This document shows, piece by piece, positions 22,140-33,633 of a DNA stretch of 34,978 nucleotides (the first letter of the stretch is position 1; each line of letters starts with the position of its first letter). This DNA comes from Craspedostauros australis (lineage: Eukaryota): positions 1-34,978 of the forward strand of contig JALAGF010003220.1 in assembly GCA_030167865.1 (NCBI GenBank), given 5' to 3'. Position numbers and translations under genes: made by a program. The notes below the pieces were generated by a model. That model was not told the DNA's origin. It made no database searches and saw only the letters and a list, made by a program, of their open reading frames with translations.

Positions 22140-24860
22140 TCAAGATCGATCGACTTTCGCCCGCTTTCTTTGCCGCACGGCGGCGACCACGGCAGGTCTA
22201 GGTTGGCGTGAAACTTCTGACGGCGTGTTGCCATCATGGTTGCGGATGTTGCGATCGACCTTCGCGCTGCATTGGATCATCTCCATCACGATGTCACAGC
22301 TTCCCCGGGCGCTCGCGCAGTGCAACGCCGTATTTCCAAAACTGTTTTGCACGTTCGGATCGATGCCCTCCACCGTCAGCAAGTAGTCGACCAATTCGTG
22401 GGCATTCTGCTTGGCCGCGCAATGCAGCGGCGTGTCCCCGTTCCTGTTCCGAAGGTTCACATCGGTCTTGACGTTGGCGGAATTTAGCAGCAGCTTCACC
22501 ATATCCACGTCTTCACGGACCAAATGCAACGGAGTGTCGCCGTCTTTGTTGCGCCACGTGGCATCGATGGACTCCCTTGCGTACGCCGTCCCAATCAAAA
22601 CCTGCAACCTGGGCATGTCACCGTGACGGCATGCCAGATGAACGGGCGTGTCACCATCATGGTTTGGGATGCTGGCGAGTGCTTGGGCTCGGTCCATCAA
22701 TTGGGTGATCATGTCGTTGGCTTCTCCGTAGCAGACATCGTTCAGTTTTCGGCTCGGCACCACGTCTCTCTGGAGGAAGTTATACAGATGAGACAGCTTG
22801 GCCGTGTCGTTCACGTCGAGCACGAACCCGCTGCCATAGGCAAGGTGCAGCGACGTGTTGCCTTCGTTGTTTTGCACGTTCGTGTTGATGTCGGCATTGA
22901 TGGAGTCGCATGCCATCAAGAAGTCGGCCATGTCGCTGCTTTTCTTCTTGCAGGCAACTTGGAGCGGGGTGTTGCCTTCGTTGTTTTTGATGTTGAGATC
23001 GATGGCGGGTTGCGGACATCGGAACAGCCACTGTGCCAAAGCGACGTGGTTGCCCTCGCAAATGAGATGCAGAGGTGTGTCTCCCATGCTGTTTTGCAGG
23101 TTGATGTTGGCGCCGGCTGGGTCGTGATGTAGCAAGCATTCGACCACATCTCTGCGCCCATTCACGCAGGCGAGATGGATGGGTGCATCTCCGTCGTTGT
23201 TTCGAATGCTGGCGCTTGCGATGGTTGTCGCGGCGGCGGGACCAGCCTTCGCTCGCAACAGGCATCCGACCACCTCGTCGTGCCCAGCGGCGCAAGCAAG
23301 ATGAAGAGGCGTGTCGCCCATCGTGTTCTGAGCGTTGACATGAACTTTGGTGCCGTCGAGCTGCACCAGGTATCTCACCACGCCCTTGTGCTTGTTCACA
23401 GCTGCATGATGGAGCGGCGTGTGGCCGTGGAAATCTCCAATGTTCGCATCGGTGTTGATGCGATCGCATTCCAGCAGCATCTTCACGGTATGCATGTGCC
23501 CATTGCGACATGCGTAATGCAAAGGCGTGAGACCTTGCTTGCACTGGATGCTTGCGTCAATATCACCATCGATAAGCCGCAGCCAACATTCGATCAAATC
23601 GACGTGACCTTCCGAACAAATGTAGCGGAACGGAGATAATCCATCGCGATTGCAAGCGTGAAAGTCGACGTTGCGGATGCGGTTGGGATGCAAGAGAAGT
23701 TCGACCACGGCATGCTTACCACGCTGGCAGGCAAGGATCAAGGGCGTATTGCCTTTAATATCTTGAACGTTGACATCCACGGCGGCGCGATCCGAGTTGA
23801 TCATGAGCCGAACTAATTCTGCGGAGCCATTCCGGCAGGCGAAGTGGAATGGCGTCATCCACTTGCAGTTTCTGATGTTGGCGTTGATGTTGATGTGAAC
23901 GGTGCTGAGCAGCCATTGCACCACCCTCAGTTGGTTGTTCAAGCAAGCGAGATGGAGCGGCGTGTCACCCCAATTGTTCTTTGCTTGCATGTCTATGCCA
24001 GCTGGATCGCATCGTAGCAAACGTTCGGCGATGCTCACACGCCCAGTCCGACAGGCATGATGAAGCGGCGTATTGCCCACGTGGTTTTGGACGTTCAGAT
24101 TCTGGTTGAAGGTATCGGAGCCCAGCAACAGTTCAAGAATATCCAAGTAGCCCTGCTCACAGGCGATGTGTATCGGCAGGTTGCCGTCGCAGTTTGGAAT
24201 GTTGGGATCGATGCCATCAGTCTGCAACAGGAGTTCGACGATGCTGCGTGACCTGAGGTGACAGGCAACGTGAAGCGGCGTCTCGAGCATATCATCCTGC
24301 TCATTGACATCGATGGTCGTTCGCTGCGATTGCAGCAAGAGCTTCGCAACATCGGCATGCCCGTACCAGCAGGCTGAGAGAAATGGGGAGCATCCATTGC
24401 CATCCCTCGCGTTGACATCGACGTTAGCGTAATTGGACCGAATCATGAATTCCACAAGACTGGTGTGCCCCTTTGTACAAGCGGCCTGGAGTGGCATGTC
24501 ACCCTGGCTGTTCTGCAGGTTGGCATCGACGGCGGCCGTGAGATTGCTGGTGGCAGGATCGCAGCCCAGCATGTATTTCACCATATCCGTGTGCCCGCGG
24601 AAGCAAGCGCGAATCAGCGGTGTGTTGCCCACATGATTTTGCACGTTGGGATCGATGCCGATTTCGATGGAATCGGACTGGAAGATCCATGCAACCACAT
24701 GCGTGTGGCCGTTGCCGCTTGCGAGATGGAGTGGTGTGTTGCCCGAGGAGTTGCCGGCGTTCATGTTGACGGCAACCTCGCTGGACTCCACCAACGAAAT
24801 CAGCTTCGCCAAGTCACCCGACCCGCAGGCATGGTAGATCTGCGCATCGAGAGCAGCCAT
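22140..24860 (-). CDS. Ankyrin-repeat protein, ~23-24 repeats, single exon (906 aa)
   Basis: Repeated GNTPLHLAC..G...V..LL...D.N units across the ORF; likely start MAALDAQ at 24860; basic C-terminus RQRKRAK. Confidence 0.92.
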   Translation of the reverse strand: MAALDAQIYHACGSGDLAKLISLVESSEVAVNMNAGNSSGNTPLHLASGNGHTHVVAWIFQSDSIEIGIDPNVQNHVGNTPLIRACFRGHTDMVKYMLGCDPATSNLTAAVDANLQNSQGDMPLQAACTKGHTSLVEFMIRSNYANVDVNARDGNGCSPFLSACWYGHADVAKLLLQSQRTTIDVNEQDDMLETPLHVACHLRSRSIVELLLQTDGIDPNIPNCDGNLPIHIACEQGYLDILELLLGSDTFNQNLNVQNHVGNTPLHHACRTGRVSIAERLLRCDPAGIDMQAKNNWGDTPLHLACLNNQLRVVQWLLSTVHININANIRNCKWMTPFHFACRNGSAELVRLMINSDRAAVDVNVQDIKGNTPLILACQRGKHAVVELLLHPNRIRNVDFHACNRDGLSPFRYICSEGHVDLIECWLRLIDGDIDASIQCKQGLTPLHYACRNGHMHTVKMLLECDRINTDANIGDFHGHTPLHHAAVNKHKGVVRYLVQLDGTKVHVNAQNTMGDTPLHLACAAGHDEVVGCLLRAKAGPAAATTIASASIRNNDGDAPIHLACVNGRRDVVECLLHHDPAGANINLQNSMGDTPLHLICEGNHVALAQWLFRCPQPAIDLNIKNNEGNTPLQVACKKKSSDMADFLMACDSINADINTNVQNNEGNTSLHLAYGSGFVLDVNDTAKLSHLYNFLQRDVVPSRKLNDVCYGEANDMITQLMDRAQALASIPNHDGDTPVHLACRHGDMPRLQVLIGTAYARESIDATWRNKDGDTPLHLVREDVDMVKLLLNSANVKTDVNLRNRNGDTPLHCAAKQNAHELVDYLLTVEGIDPNVQNSFGNTALHCASARGSCDIVMEMIQCSAKVDRNIRNHDGNTPSEVSRQPRPAVVAAVRQRKRAKVDRS

Positions 24861-25954
24861 GGTTGTTGACTCAAGAGTGTCGGCAGTTCCCTGCTTGGAA
24901 AGAAGCGCGGTTGGATCCCGTCCAAAGCATGCGTGGCAGGCGTCAAATGTGTAGTGTGTGATGTAGTGTGTGATGTATTTTATTTCGCAACACATGCACA
25001 ATAGTGTGGGGACAAGACAACGGAGTGGTGTGAGTGTCAAGACGATGCACAACATCCCATCGAGCAGAGAGACAGACTCCTATTAGATAGCGATGACATC
25101 CTCGCATGGTACGAGTGTTGCCATCGATGCAACAAGAGCGTCACAGAGCAACACGAGACGAACAACGCCAACGGACTCACTTGTGCGGTGGCGAATGTGA
25201 GATGTTGATGTCTTGACAGCTTGATGGCACTTGGATCTGCTGATGTACTCGTATAAGTGGTATGAATCGATGAATGGGATGCGTTGCGTTGCGTTCGGGG
25301 TGATGTGCGATGACGGGATGGACACGAAAGTGGAGCGTTTGCAAGTGAGCACACTTGGTGATCTTCGGGGGCAGGACGTCGATGTTGTGCGGTTGGCAGT
25401 TGGTGTGTTGTTGGGGTTTTGCCTTTTCGGTGGGGTGTGGGCAGAACTGTGGCAGTTGTGTGCCGTAGGGTTTGTACTGGTGACACCACGCACGAAAAAG
25501 AACCAGAATTACGAATGTGCAACAACGCTGATGGGCAGGTCATCTGTTGTTGATGTTCTTTTCTGTCCTTGCCTCCAGAACAAGACGAAAATGTCCCCAC
25601 TCGTGACACCACGGAGGCGAACATTGGAAAGCCAAGCACGACTCGTGCGACTAAATCGCGAAATGAAAGTGCAACAAATAAAACATTATTGTCTATTTTG
25701 CCGCATCCAACAACAAGAAACCATGTAATTCGCTTGTCCGTCACCTGTTGAATCATCATGGACTCCAGCGCTTTAATACTTATTCTACCGTTACTCTTGT
25801 GTTTGCCTGTATGGACAATATTTGTTGGGTCAACAGTAATCAACAAAGGGTTGAAAGTTATTTGAACAGTCTCGTTTCTGCTTTGGTGAACGAGACCTTG
25901 ACAGAGGACTGGGGAGGGGATCGACATCGTTGGGCAACACAGGAGCGCCCTGTA

Positions 25955-28900
25955 ATTTGACCACACGCGAGTCAGATATCCACGGAGAATTTTGCGTCAG
26001 GGTGAAAACAAAATAAGCCTCAACATGTAGATTTAAGTTGGTGCGATTCCTGCATCGACTAGTTCGATTTCTTCTGTCTTTTCCTTTTGCGTTCTGATCT
26101 GCTGCTGTTGTGATTTTGCGCTGTCTCTCGCGTTGTCTCTCGCGTTGTCTCCCTTTCTTCTCCTCCCGACAACAACTACAGTATTGTTGCTGCACAATAC
26201 ACCTGTTCACATTGATGCTCCTTCCATGACCTCTCTCCAATCACCATTGGTCCTCCTTCCACTCAGGACTTCCCCCCAACTTCATGTTGACATCAGACTA
26301 TCTGCTCCTGCTCCTGCTTTCTCCGCAACTAACTTTCAACCATGGCATCTGTGAACAAGGGCAACCACCTCAACACAATCCAGGCCATCAAGAACGACTT
26401 TGCTGATGCTTGTGCCACCAACACCATTGATGCCCCACACCTTCTCCATGATGGTATCGGCGAACATGATCACCATCTCAACGACCACGTTCATGTTGCC
26501 TCCATCTGCAGCGATGACGAAAGTGTTGTCATGGATCCATCACCCCCTCCGCTTGTCGGTACGTTTGGTGTTCGACCTTCCACGAGTCATGGTTGCACCC
26601 ATTGCGTCATCCTTTCTCCGCCAAAGGACAGCAGAAGGGGTTTCATGGAGTGGCATGTAACTTGTCCTGCCGCTCATGGAACCACTGTCACTGCTAGCGG
26701 CACCCATATTTTGTCCTTGGCTCAGCTTTGAATGGAGGTCCAGACCACTTGTCAATGTGGGCTCCAACTGTTTCCAAAGCCTCTCCCAGGAAGGGGCCCT
26801 TTTGTGCCCACCTCGCACAACCTTGTGCGCCGCATGCTGGGAGCTTCGTCTTCCATCTTTGTTGATGCGTTTGGACCAGGGGGTCTGAGCATCCCCCTGT
26901 GGCAGCTATGCAAGATTTTTTGTATGAATTCTTGGCTCAGATGATGTTGGGGTGCATCACCAAATGCCTCTACGACTCTGATGTCATTGTCAAGCTTGAT
27001 GCATTTCCATCCAAGGAGTTGTACGTTGTCACCTGGAGCAACATCAGGGACAACGGGGACACTCCATCATCAGGAGGCCATCGGTTCCTTTGGACAGAGT
27101 TGGAGAAGGCATTCAACCAAAGCCTTCCATAGATCTGTCTGAATCATGGTAATGGTTGTCGAATCGTCACTCTTGATGACAACTTGGTCCATTGCCAGAG
27201 TCACACTGACAGAAGTTGCTTGCTTGTGATGCAACATGCTTATGCAAACCGTGATGGATAAGTTCTATCTTGCATGCTTGTGTTTGGCAATGATTGTCTC
27301 ACTTTTCTTACACCATCTCATTCCATTCTCCTTCCTTCCTCTCTCCTTGTTCACTTCTTCCATGTGTTAGCATACAATTGAATAACCTTGTGCAGCGTGT
27401 GTCAGGTCTTGTTGCTGGCCTTGCTGCATCTCATGACAGTCCTCATGACAACTACTTGGCCCTCCTTTCCCAACTGGGACAGGCTGATGGAAGTCTCCGC
27501 AATATCATGCTTATGGCGAACCGCGGCTTCAACACCGAATTGAGTTCGCGCGACCTCATCAGCAAGGACGCAGACTTTGAAGGAATGCACATGCGTCATG
27601 CCCACCTGCCCTTTATCTTCGACAGCTGGACCACACCAGGAAACCCACAGATGGACGTCGGAAAGCACGTCCCGCGCAAACTTCAGATAGCAGTGACAAA
27701 TAGCATGGGGAATAAACAATTCACTCTCTATTCTTACCACCACATTCTGAAAACCGTGTTGGCTGTTGGCACCAACGCTGCTTCATTTGAGTGGGACCTC
27801 AATCTAGAGAATCCTCGCGACCAACAAATGTACACCAACATGGTCAACAGGAAAGACAAACACAATCGTCAGTCCGAGCTGTGCCCACACTTCTTCCAAC
27901 ACTGAGTATCCAATACTAACCTATCGCCTGCAATGAGGGCAGCAAGGATGCTTGGCAACGATGAAACAGACCAACCCGACCAAACAGCCATCGACAATAA
28001 AACTGCAGCCTGGGCGGCACAGATTTGGGATCTCCAGGTGGAGGGTCTCACATGCGAGCAGAGCGGCCATCTATGGTTCATGCAGAGGAGGTTTGTTTTC
28101 ACAAGCACCTCCACGTCTACCATGATCAAGGCCATGCTTGACAATGGCGAGTGGTTGAACTCCAAAAAATCCTGGCGTATTCAACAAAGCCACTTGGGAA
28201 CATGTCAGCACATACATGGGGTTTGATATTTCTGGAAAGGCTGAGACATATGCCAAGGATTTGAGTGCCGAAAGGACAATGCTGAAGGCACTCACCACAT
28301 ACCAACAACTGACAAATCCAGTCCATGATTCAACTGAGTTGGAAGCTTGGCTCGAAACCAGTGACAACAACATCAACATCAATTCAGACTCCAATCTAGC
28401 TGCCCTTATGCAGCTCTTCTACATGAGCAAAGTCCATCATAGTGGAACAACAAACTACACCATGCTGCATCGGATTATGGCGCAGCACGAAAAGACCTGG
28501 CAGCACTTCGTTGCTCTTGCCAACATGTCCCTCAAGAAGGATGTCAAGGAACAGCTACCAAAGGCCAACTTGTCCCAAGACACAAGGATGACTCTGCTCA
28601 ATAGAATGGTGGCATTGACCCTCACCAATATGACAAGGCAGCTGGAGACACCATCTGTTGTCAAGGAAGACAATGACATGCCATGGATGGAATCATTGAA
28701 GCATAGGCTTACAATGACAATGCTACAATCATGGTTCATGAAAGGAGTGAAGGGGAAAGCCGCGAAGAACGCAAAGTTGGGCCATACATGTGAGATCCCA
28801 CTGATGAAGAAGGCCATGGAGTGCGTTGGAGTGGGAAGCTCTGGCAATTGTATCAACGCAGGGTACTGTGTTGGCCTTGTTGCAAAGAAAGCTGTTCCCT

Positions 28901-31900
28901 ACACTTGGGCATCCATTGATTTCCTGGCTATTGTGGGAGACCCTGACAATGACGACAACAACGAAGTCTTCGTCGTCAAGATGAAGACTCAGGCGACAAC
29001 CAAAACAGAGGAATTGGAGAAGACACATCTTTGTGAAGCAAGTAGGACTACCAGGACTGATGAGGATGCTCATGTGTTCCGAAAAGTGCAGGACAATGTG
29101 TGGCACGTGCAATATTGGAAGCAGTGGGAAATGGTACAACTGCTGCATTATTCATTTGTTTTCGGAGTGCCAGGCACGATGATTGTAATTGGCATTTTGT
29201 TTCCTGAGGCTGGCACGTATGTGTCGCTGAAAGCGTGTATTGCAAAGCGGCAGGCCCAACATGATGTGATCACGAACATCTCTGTTCCTTCATTGCTCTT
29301 GTCACCACCATTTGTGCACTTGGTGTGTTGGTAGGCGATTCAACCGGTAACGTTCTAAGATACATGTCCACGAGGTTCTCAGCTTCGTTGATGTTGTGTT
29401 TAGGAATGGTGCTTGGCAACTTGTATCGCTTGACATTGGACTTCGCGTACACCAACATTGATACCAATCCAACTTTGACATCCTCTGGAGCAATGCTCGA
29501 GAAGTATCTACTTTCGAAGAGATCTGGCAGCAAACAGTCTTCGGGTGGTCACCACATCACAGCACTGAAGAAGGATGATGTGTTCCATCAGTTGTTGATC
29601 TGGAAGGCATGCCAAGAACTGCCTACCCCAGTTCCAAGAGTGCATGTGTTCGTCCCTGCTGTAATATTGCGATAGAACGCCTTCAAAGGGGGGTCAGATG
29701 TTATCCAGGCAGTCCTCAAGAGTGGCGAGTGGAGCAACCCGGACAGCAGCGCCATGTCTTCAAACGAGAAGCATGGGAAGACGTCGAACAGTACATGGGA
29801 TTCGACGTCGCTGGGACGCCAGAAGCATACATGGTGAATGTAGCTCAGCAGAAACACGGATTTGTAGCGTCCTAGTTTCACACAACGCTGACCAATCCTA
29901 TGTATGACTCCCAAGATTTGGAACGATACATGCGTACCGTCGTCGACGAAACAGAAGATGACGATGAAGCGATGCCCATTGAAGTGCTCACTGCCATGAT
30001 GCGCTGATTCTATGCAAGTCGGATCAGGTGCAAACCCTCCACCCTGCAAGCGATGCTTGGAAACATCCTGGACGAACCAGACAAGCTGAGATGGAGGTTC
30101 ATGGCCATGAACGCGGCGACATTGAAGAAGCATATTAGTCTGCGCTTCCCAACACAAACGGAAACCGACACATTCAACAAATGAATGATTGACCGGCTGA
30201 TCGCAGCGACTATGAACAAGCCGAGCTCGAAGGAGGAGGGAACAACACCAGTTTCTGACGACAAGGCTGACACACCCTGGATGTCATCATTGACAACTTC
30301 ATTGGCGTCAACTATGCTACAAACCTGGTTCATGATGCCACTTCACGGGAAAGCAGCGAAAGATGCGAAAGCGGGCCACAAAACAAGGTTCTGTTGATAC
30401 GGAATGCAATGGAGACCAAGAGAGTGGATGGCAAGCATTTTCGAATCAAGGCAGCATATCGGTCAGGGCTGGTACGCAGGAAGGATGACAGGTATGCCTG
30501 TGCTTCAGTGAACTTCCTTGCTGTGGTGGGAGACCTAGGCAGCACCACCACAGATGGATTTTTTTGGTTGAGGTGAAAACTAGAACCAACACCACAACGC
30601 AAGACATGGAGACAGCACACCAGCAGGGCGCGCAGGTGCGTGGTGATCTTGGAGAAGGGAATTATGTGTTCGTGGAAAGGCAAGACCAATGCTGGCTGGA
30701 GGTGTTCCAAAGGCAGTCGGAAATGATTTAACTGTTGCATCATTCATATGTTTTCGGAGTTCCAGGGGCGCTGATGGTTATCAGTAAGCATTGGTGTTCG
30801 GTTCGTGCACCGGATGGTTGTTTGCAACCGCAGTCTGGACTCGATTCTCACCCCACTACTTCTGTTTTCTTCCCATCCTTGCATTCGTGGCACACCTGGG
30901 GCCTCTTTTGGAGCAGGTGATGCCATGGGGAACGTAATCCAGACTATGGCAACTAGGTTGAATCGCCTCTCATCCAATCCTATTGCACTGTGCTAAATGC
31001 CTCCACAAGCTCATGTTGATGTTTGCATGCACAGAGGCCGGAACAAAACCAACCACACCTCCATCCAGGAAGTTTCTGGAAGACTACCTCCAAACCAAAC
31101 GGAATCCGCACAAGAGGGGTTTGGGAGGGTCTAGCGTGGCTCATCTCACAAGAGAAGACGTCCTGCATGACTTGTTGATATATGCAGGGCCAGTCAAGAC
31201 TTGCCTTCTCCGGTTCCAAGAGTGCATACGTTCATCCCCGCAATCATTTCACGCTGGAACGAGTTCAAGGGTGGATAAAACGTGGTCACCCGCATGATAA
31301 GACAGAACCAGGCCCGCCCACTGCGCCCCATGTTCCAATGCAAGATTGTGTCGCGATTGATGAAAGTCATGATCATCACACTGCACAAACTCCTGCAGTA
31401 CTACTGTATGAAGGATATCCATACAAATGCAGATCTGGAGAAGACTCCAACTATTCATCACTTCCACTGCATGTTGAATGATTGCCAAGGGCTTGTTTCA
31501 TCAATTTGGCAAATCCAAGACACTCTTGGCAGCTGGGCCAGTTCTCTGAAGGACAGAGAACAAGACAATCGAAGCAGACTACAACGCAAAGCAGCTATTG
31601 CGGTACCAGCCATGGAGGCGCCAGTGGAAAGCGCAGATCGCGCCACTGAAGGGAGAAGGACAGATGTAAACAAAGTGACAGACTGTCGATCGGTATGGAG
31701 ACTGCTGTCGGAAGGTTTGGAGGTGACGACGGAGAAAGGTTCGGGCATGAACAGGCATGTTTGCGAAGGCAACCATGGTCCAGTGTATCTGGTGTCAAGA
31801 AGGTGCACATGTGTTGTCTGCAGTGTCTTGACTCCATGGATATGCATGGAGTGCCACCTCCATGCATGTGTTGCACCCACAGCACACCATGGAAGGTGGA

Positions 31901-32630
31901 TGCAGTACTGCGGTGTCGAAACAACAGTCACAATGTGCCAGCTTTGACACAACAACAAAGGGCTAGAGGCAAGCAACACTTGCTTCCGCCTTCTTCACGG
32001 AAAGGAGCGAACTTGGATTTGCAAGACGGCACAAACCTTTGTGAAGTAGAACAAGAAGAACAAGCCATCGAGAAGAAACAAAGCTGTAGAGGGCATGCCA
32101 GATGGAGGAGAGCCAGACTCCAACCGAAATACAAACGAACAGGGCGCAATGGAGGAAAGTCACAACATTAACAGAGTTTCAGCGAGGAACACAGTTTCGA
32201 GAAGGAAGCGAGCTGTGGCAAGCATATCGGACGAAGCAGAACTGGACAGCAGCCGAAAGGCAGGCAACTGTTGCACAATGAAGATACCACACCACATAAC
32301 AACAAGATTGAGAGCAACAGCCAAAGAGATGGCATCTCGGAAGCATGAAAGGACTCTGGAGGCTGCGAAGGCATCACCCCAGCGCTCCCTGCGCAATCAA
32401 CAAGGCATTTTTGAAGCGGCAATGAAACGGGAGGTGGAGCGGAAGGAAGATCTCTGAAGGGAAACGCCAGAGATGTAAAATCTGAACAGAATAGCAAATG
32501 TTGATGGAATGAAGTTTAGACCTTCGAAACTGCACGAGGATCGACAATGGACAGCGCATTGCAAACAAAAGACTGAGCAGAAAATCTTTAAATAAACCTA
32601 TTTAGATGACGACCATTCCATGTGGTCAAT
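25955..32630 (+). mobile_element. Decayed piggyBac-like DNA transposon with embedded YqaJ/lambda-exonuclease domain; ends uncertain
   Basis: Reconstructed motifs IVTLDD (27163-27180), NRDG|IQL..L...SG, MANRGF (ADRG-like), (W)NAFKGGSD (29673-29699), C-terminal CVVC..CMEC..C..CF..LH; YqaJ motifs lie between. Strong CpG depletion, many stops and frameshifts. Confidence 0.8.
26342..32457 (+). pseudogene. Transposase-YqaJ pseudogene with introns at 27258-27370, 29192-29334 and 30784-30916
   Basis: Colinear plus-strand ORF fragments joined across in-frame stops (27130 TAG, 27903 TGA, 29673 TAG, 31945 TGA) and frameshifts. Two intron donors appear decayed (ATAAGT, GCATTT). Confidence 0.75.
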
Positions 32631-32880
32631 CAGAAACAAGTCTCAGGACGCAAGGTTTTGGGAGCTGTTTGTGGCTGTTGCTTCCTGCACCGTCCGGCTC
32701 TTTTGTTACTCATGGATAAATACGACGGACATACCGCCAATAGAACGTCATTACGTTTCGAATCGAGTCCCGCGTAGTCTTGCTTTGTCTTCAAGCAATA
32801 ATTTGAATTTGAGTGGACGTTATATTAGCGTTACACATGTCGGTCTGATTCCATGTCAGACAGCACAGTTGGTGTGTCAC

Positions 32881-32997
32881 GGGTCGATTCAGAACGGATT
32901 CAGACTTTCAGAACGCATTCAGACTTTCAGAACCGATTCAGAAGGAAGTCAGTACTTCGAACTTCTGACTTTCTTCGTTCTGATTCTGAACCCATAG
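32881..32997. repeat. TTCAGA-rich repeat/hairpin block A
   Basis: Tandem 19-mer ATTCAGACTTTCAGAACNN x2 plus partial copies; hairpin GAAGGAAGTCAG...CTGACTTTCTTC. Confidence 0.85.
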
Positions 32998-33553
32998 CGG
33001 GCCTTGGCGTGATTGCCAAGGAACTTCGCCCGGTAACACACACAAGCCTCCTTCTGATTGGTGGCTTCTCCAGGCGCATCACTTCAAATCGTGTTGTTCG
33101 TCCATGCAGAAACAGGAATTCTCTTCTGTACACAAACGCGAACACAAAGAGTGACAGCCAAACACTGGCAGCAACATCAACAGCATGATCGGAGTCAAAG
33201 TAGCTTGGCGCCAGAAAAGATAGCGTGGGCGGTGTGGCGGTGGGTGCTAACATGTTGCTCTCCTCAGAATCCTTTTCTTGGTTGAATGTCATCACATCAG
33301 CCATCGAAAATCGAAGAGCATTTACTTGCGATATGATGTGTGAAATTAGCAAGCGTGCAGCAACAGCAACAGTAACAGTACCAGCGACGATGGAGTAGCT
33401 ATCAATGATGTGCATGTGGACGCTTGGCAGCAAACAACAAAGAAGTGGTTGTTGTGTTGCCAACTTGTTGTGTGTGGAAGGCGTTAATCGGCGTTAATCA
33501 CTATGTTTCAAATGATGACGATCTTGTGGAACACTGGACTTGTGTCCACAATA

Positions 33554-33633
33554 GCATTCAGGCTTTCAGAACCGAGTCAGAACTTCAGAAGTTCTGATTC
33601 TGAATTCAGAATGAGCGGTCGATTCAGAACGGG
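33554..33633. repeat. TTCAGA-rich repeat/palindrome block B, related to block A in direct orientation
   Basis: 33554-33582 matches 32915-32943 at 27/29; 33617-33632 equals 32882-32897; palindromes at 33577-33597 and 33597-33612. Confidence 0.85.

Noticed and set aside
25867-25880. Possible TIR pairing with 32631-32644
   Set aside because: Only 11/14 identity and no TSD; not distinguishable from chance.
25037-25966. 309-aa minus-strand ORF upstream of the ankyrin gene
   Set aside because: Composition looks like translated UTR/intergenic DNA; no motifs.
27903-27905. In-frame TGA (also 31945-31947) as possible selenocysteine
   Set aside because: Lies in a pseudogene with TAG/TAA stops and frameshifts; better explained as CGA>TGA decay.
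28160-28215. Programmed frameshift, since both module copies shift frame after GEW.N
   Set aside because: The shifts differ in direction (one extra base in copy 1, one missing in copy 2), consistent with independent decay.
32881-33633. CRISPR array or heat-shock elements
   Set aside because: No regular repeat-spacer period and no cas genes; TTCaGAA has 1-nt spacing, not the HSE 2-nt spacing.
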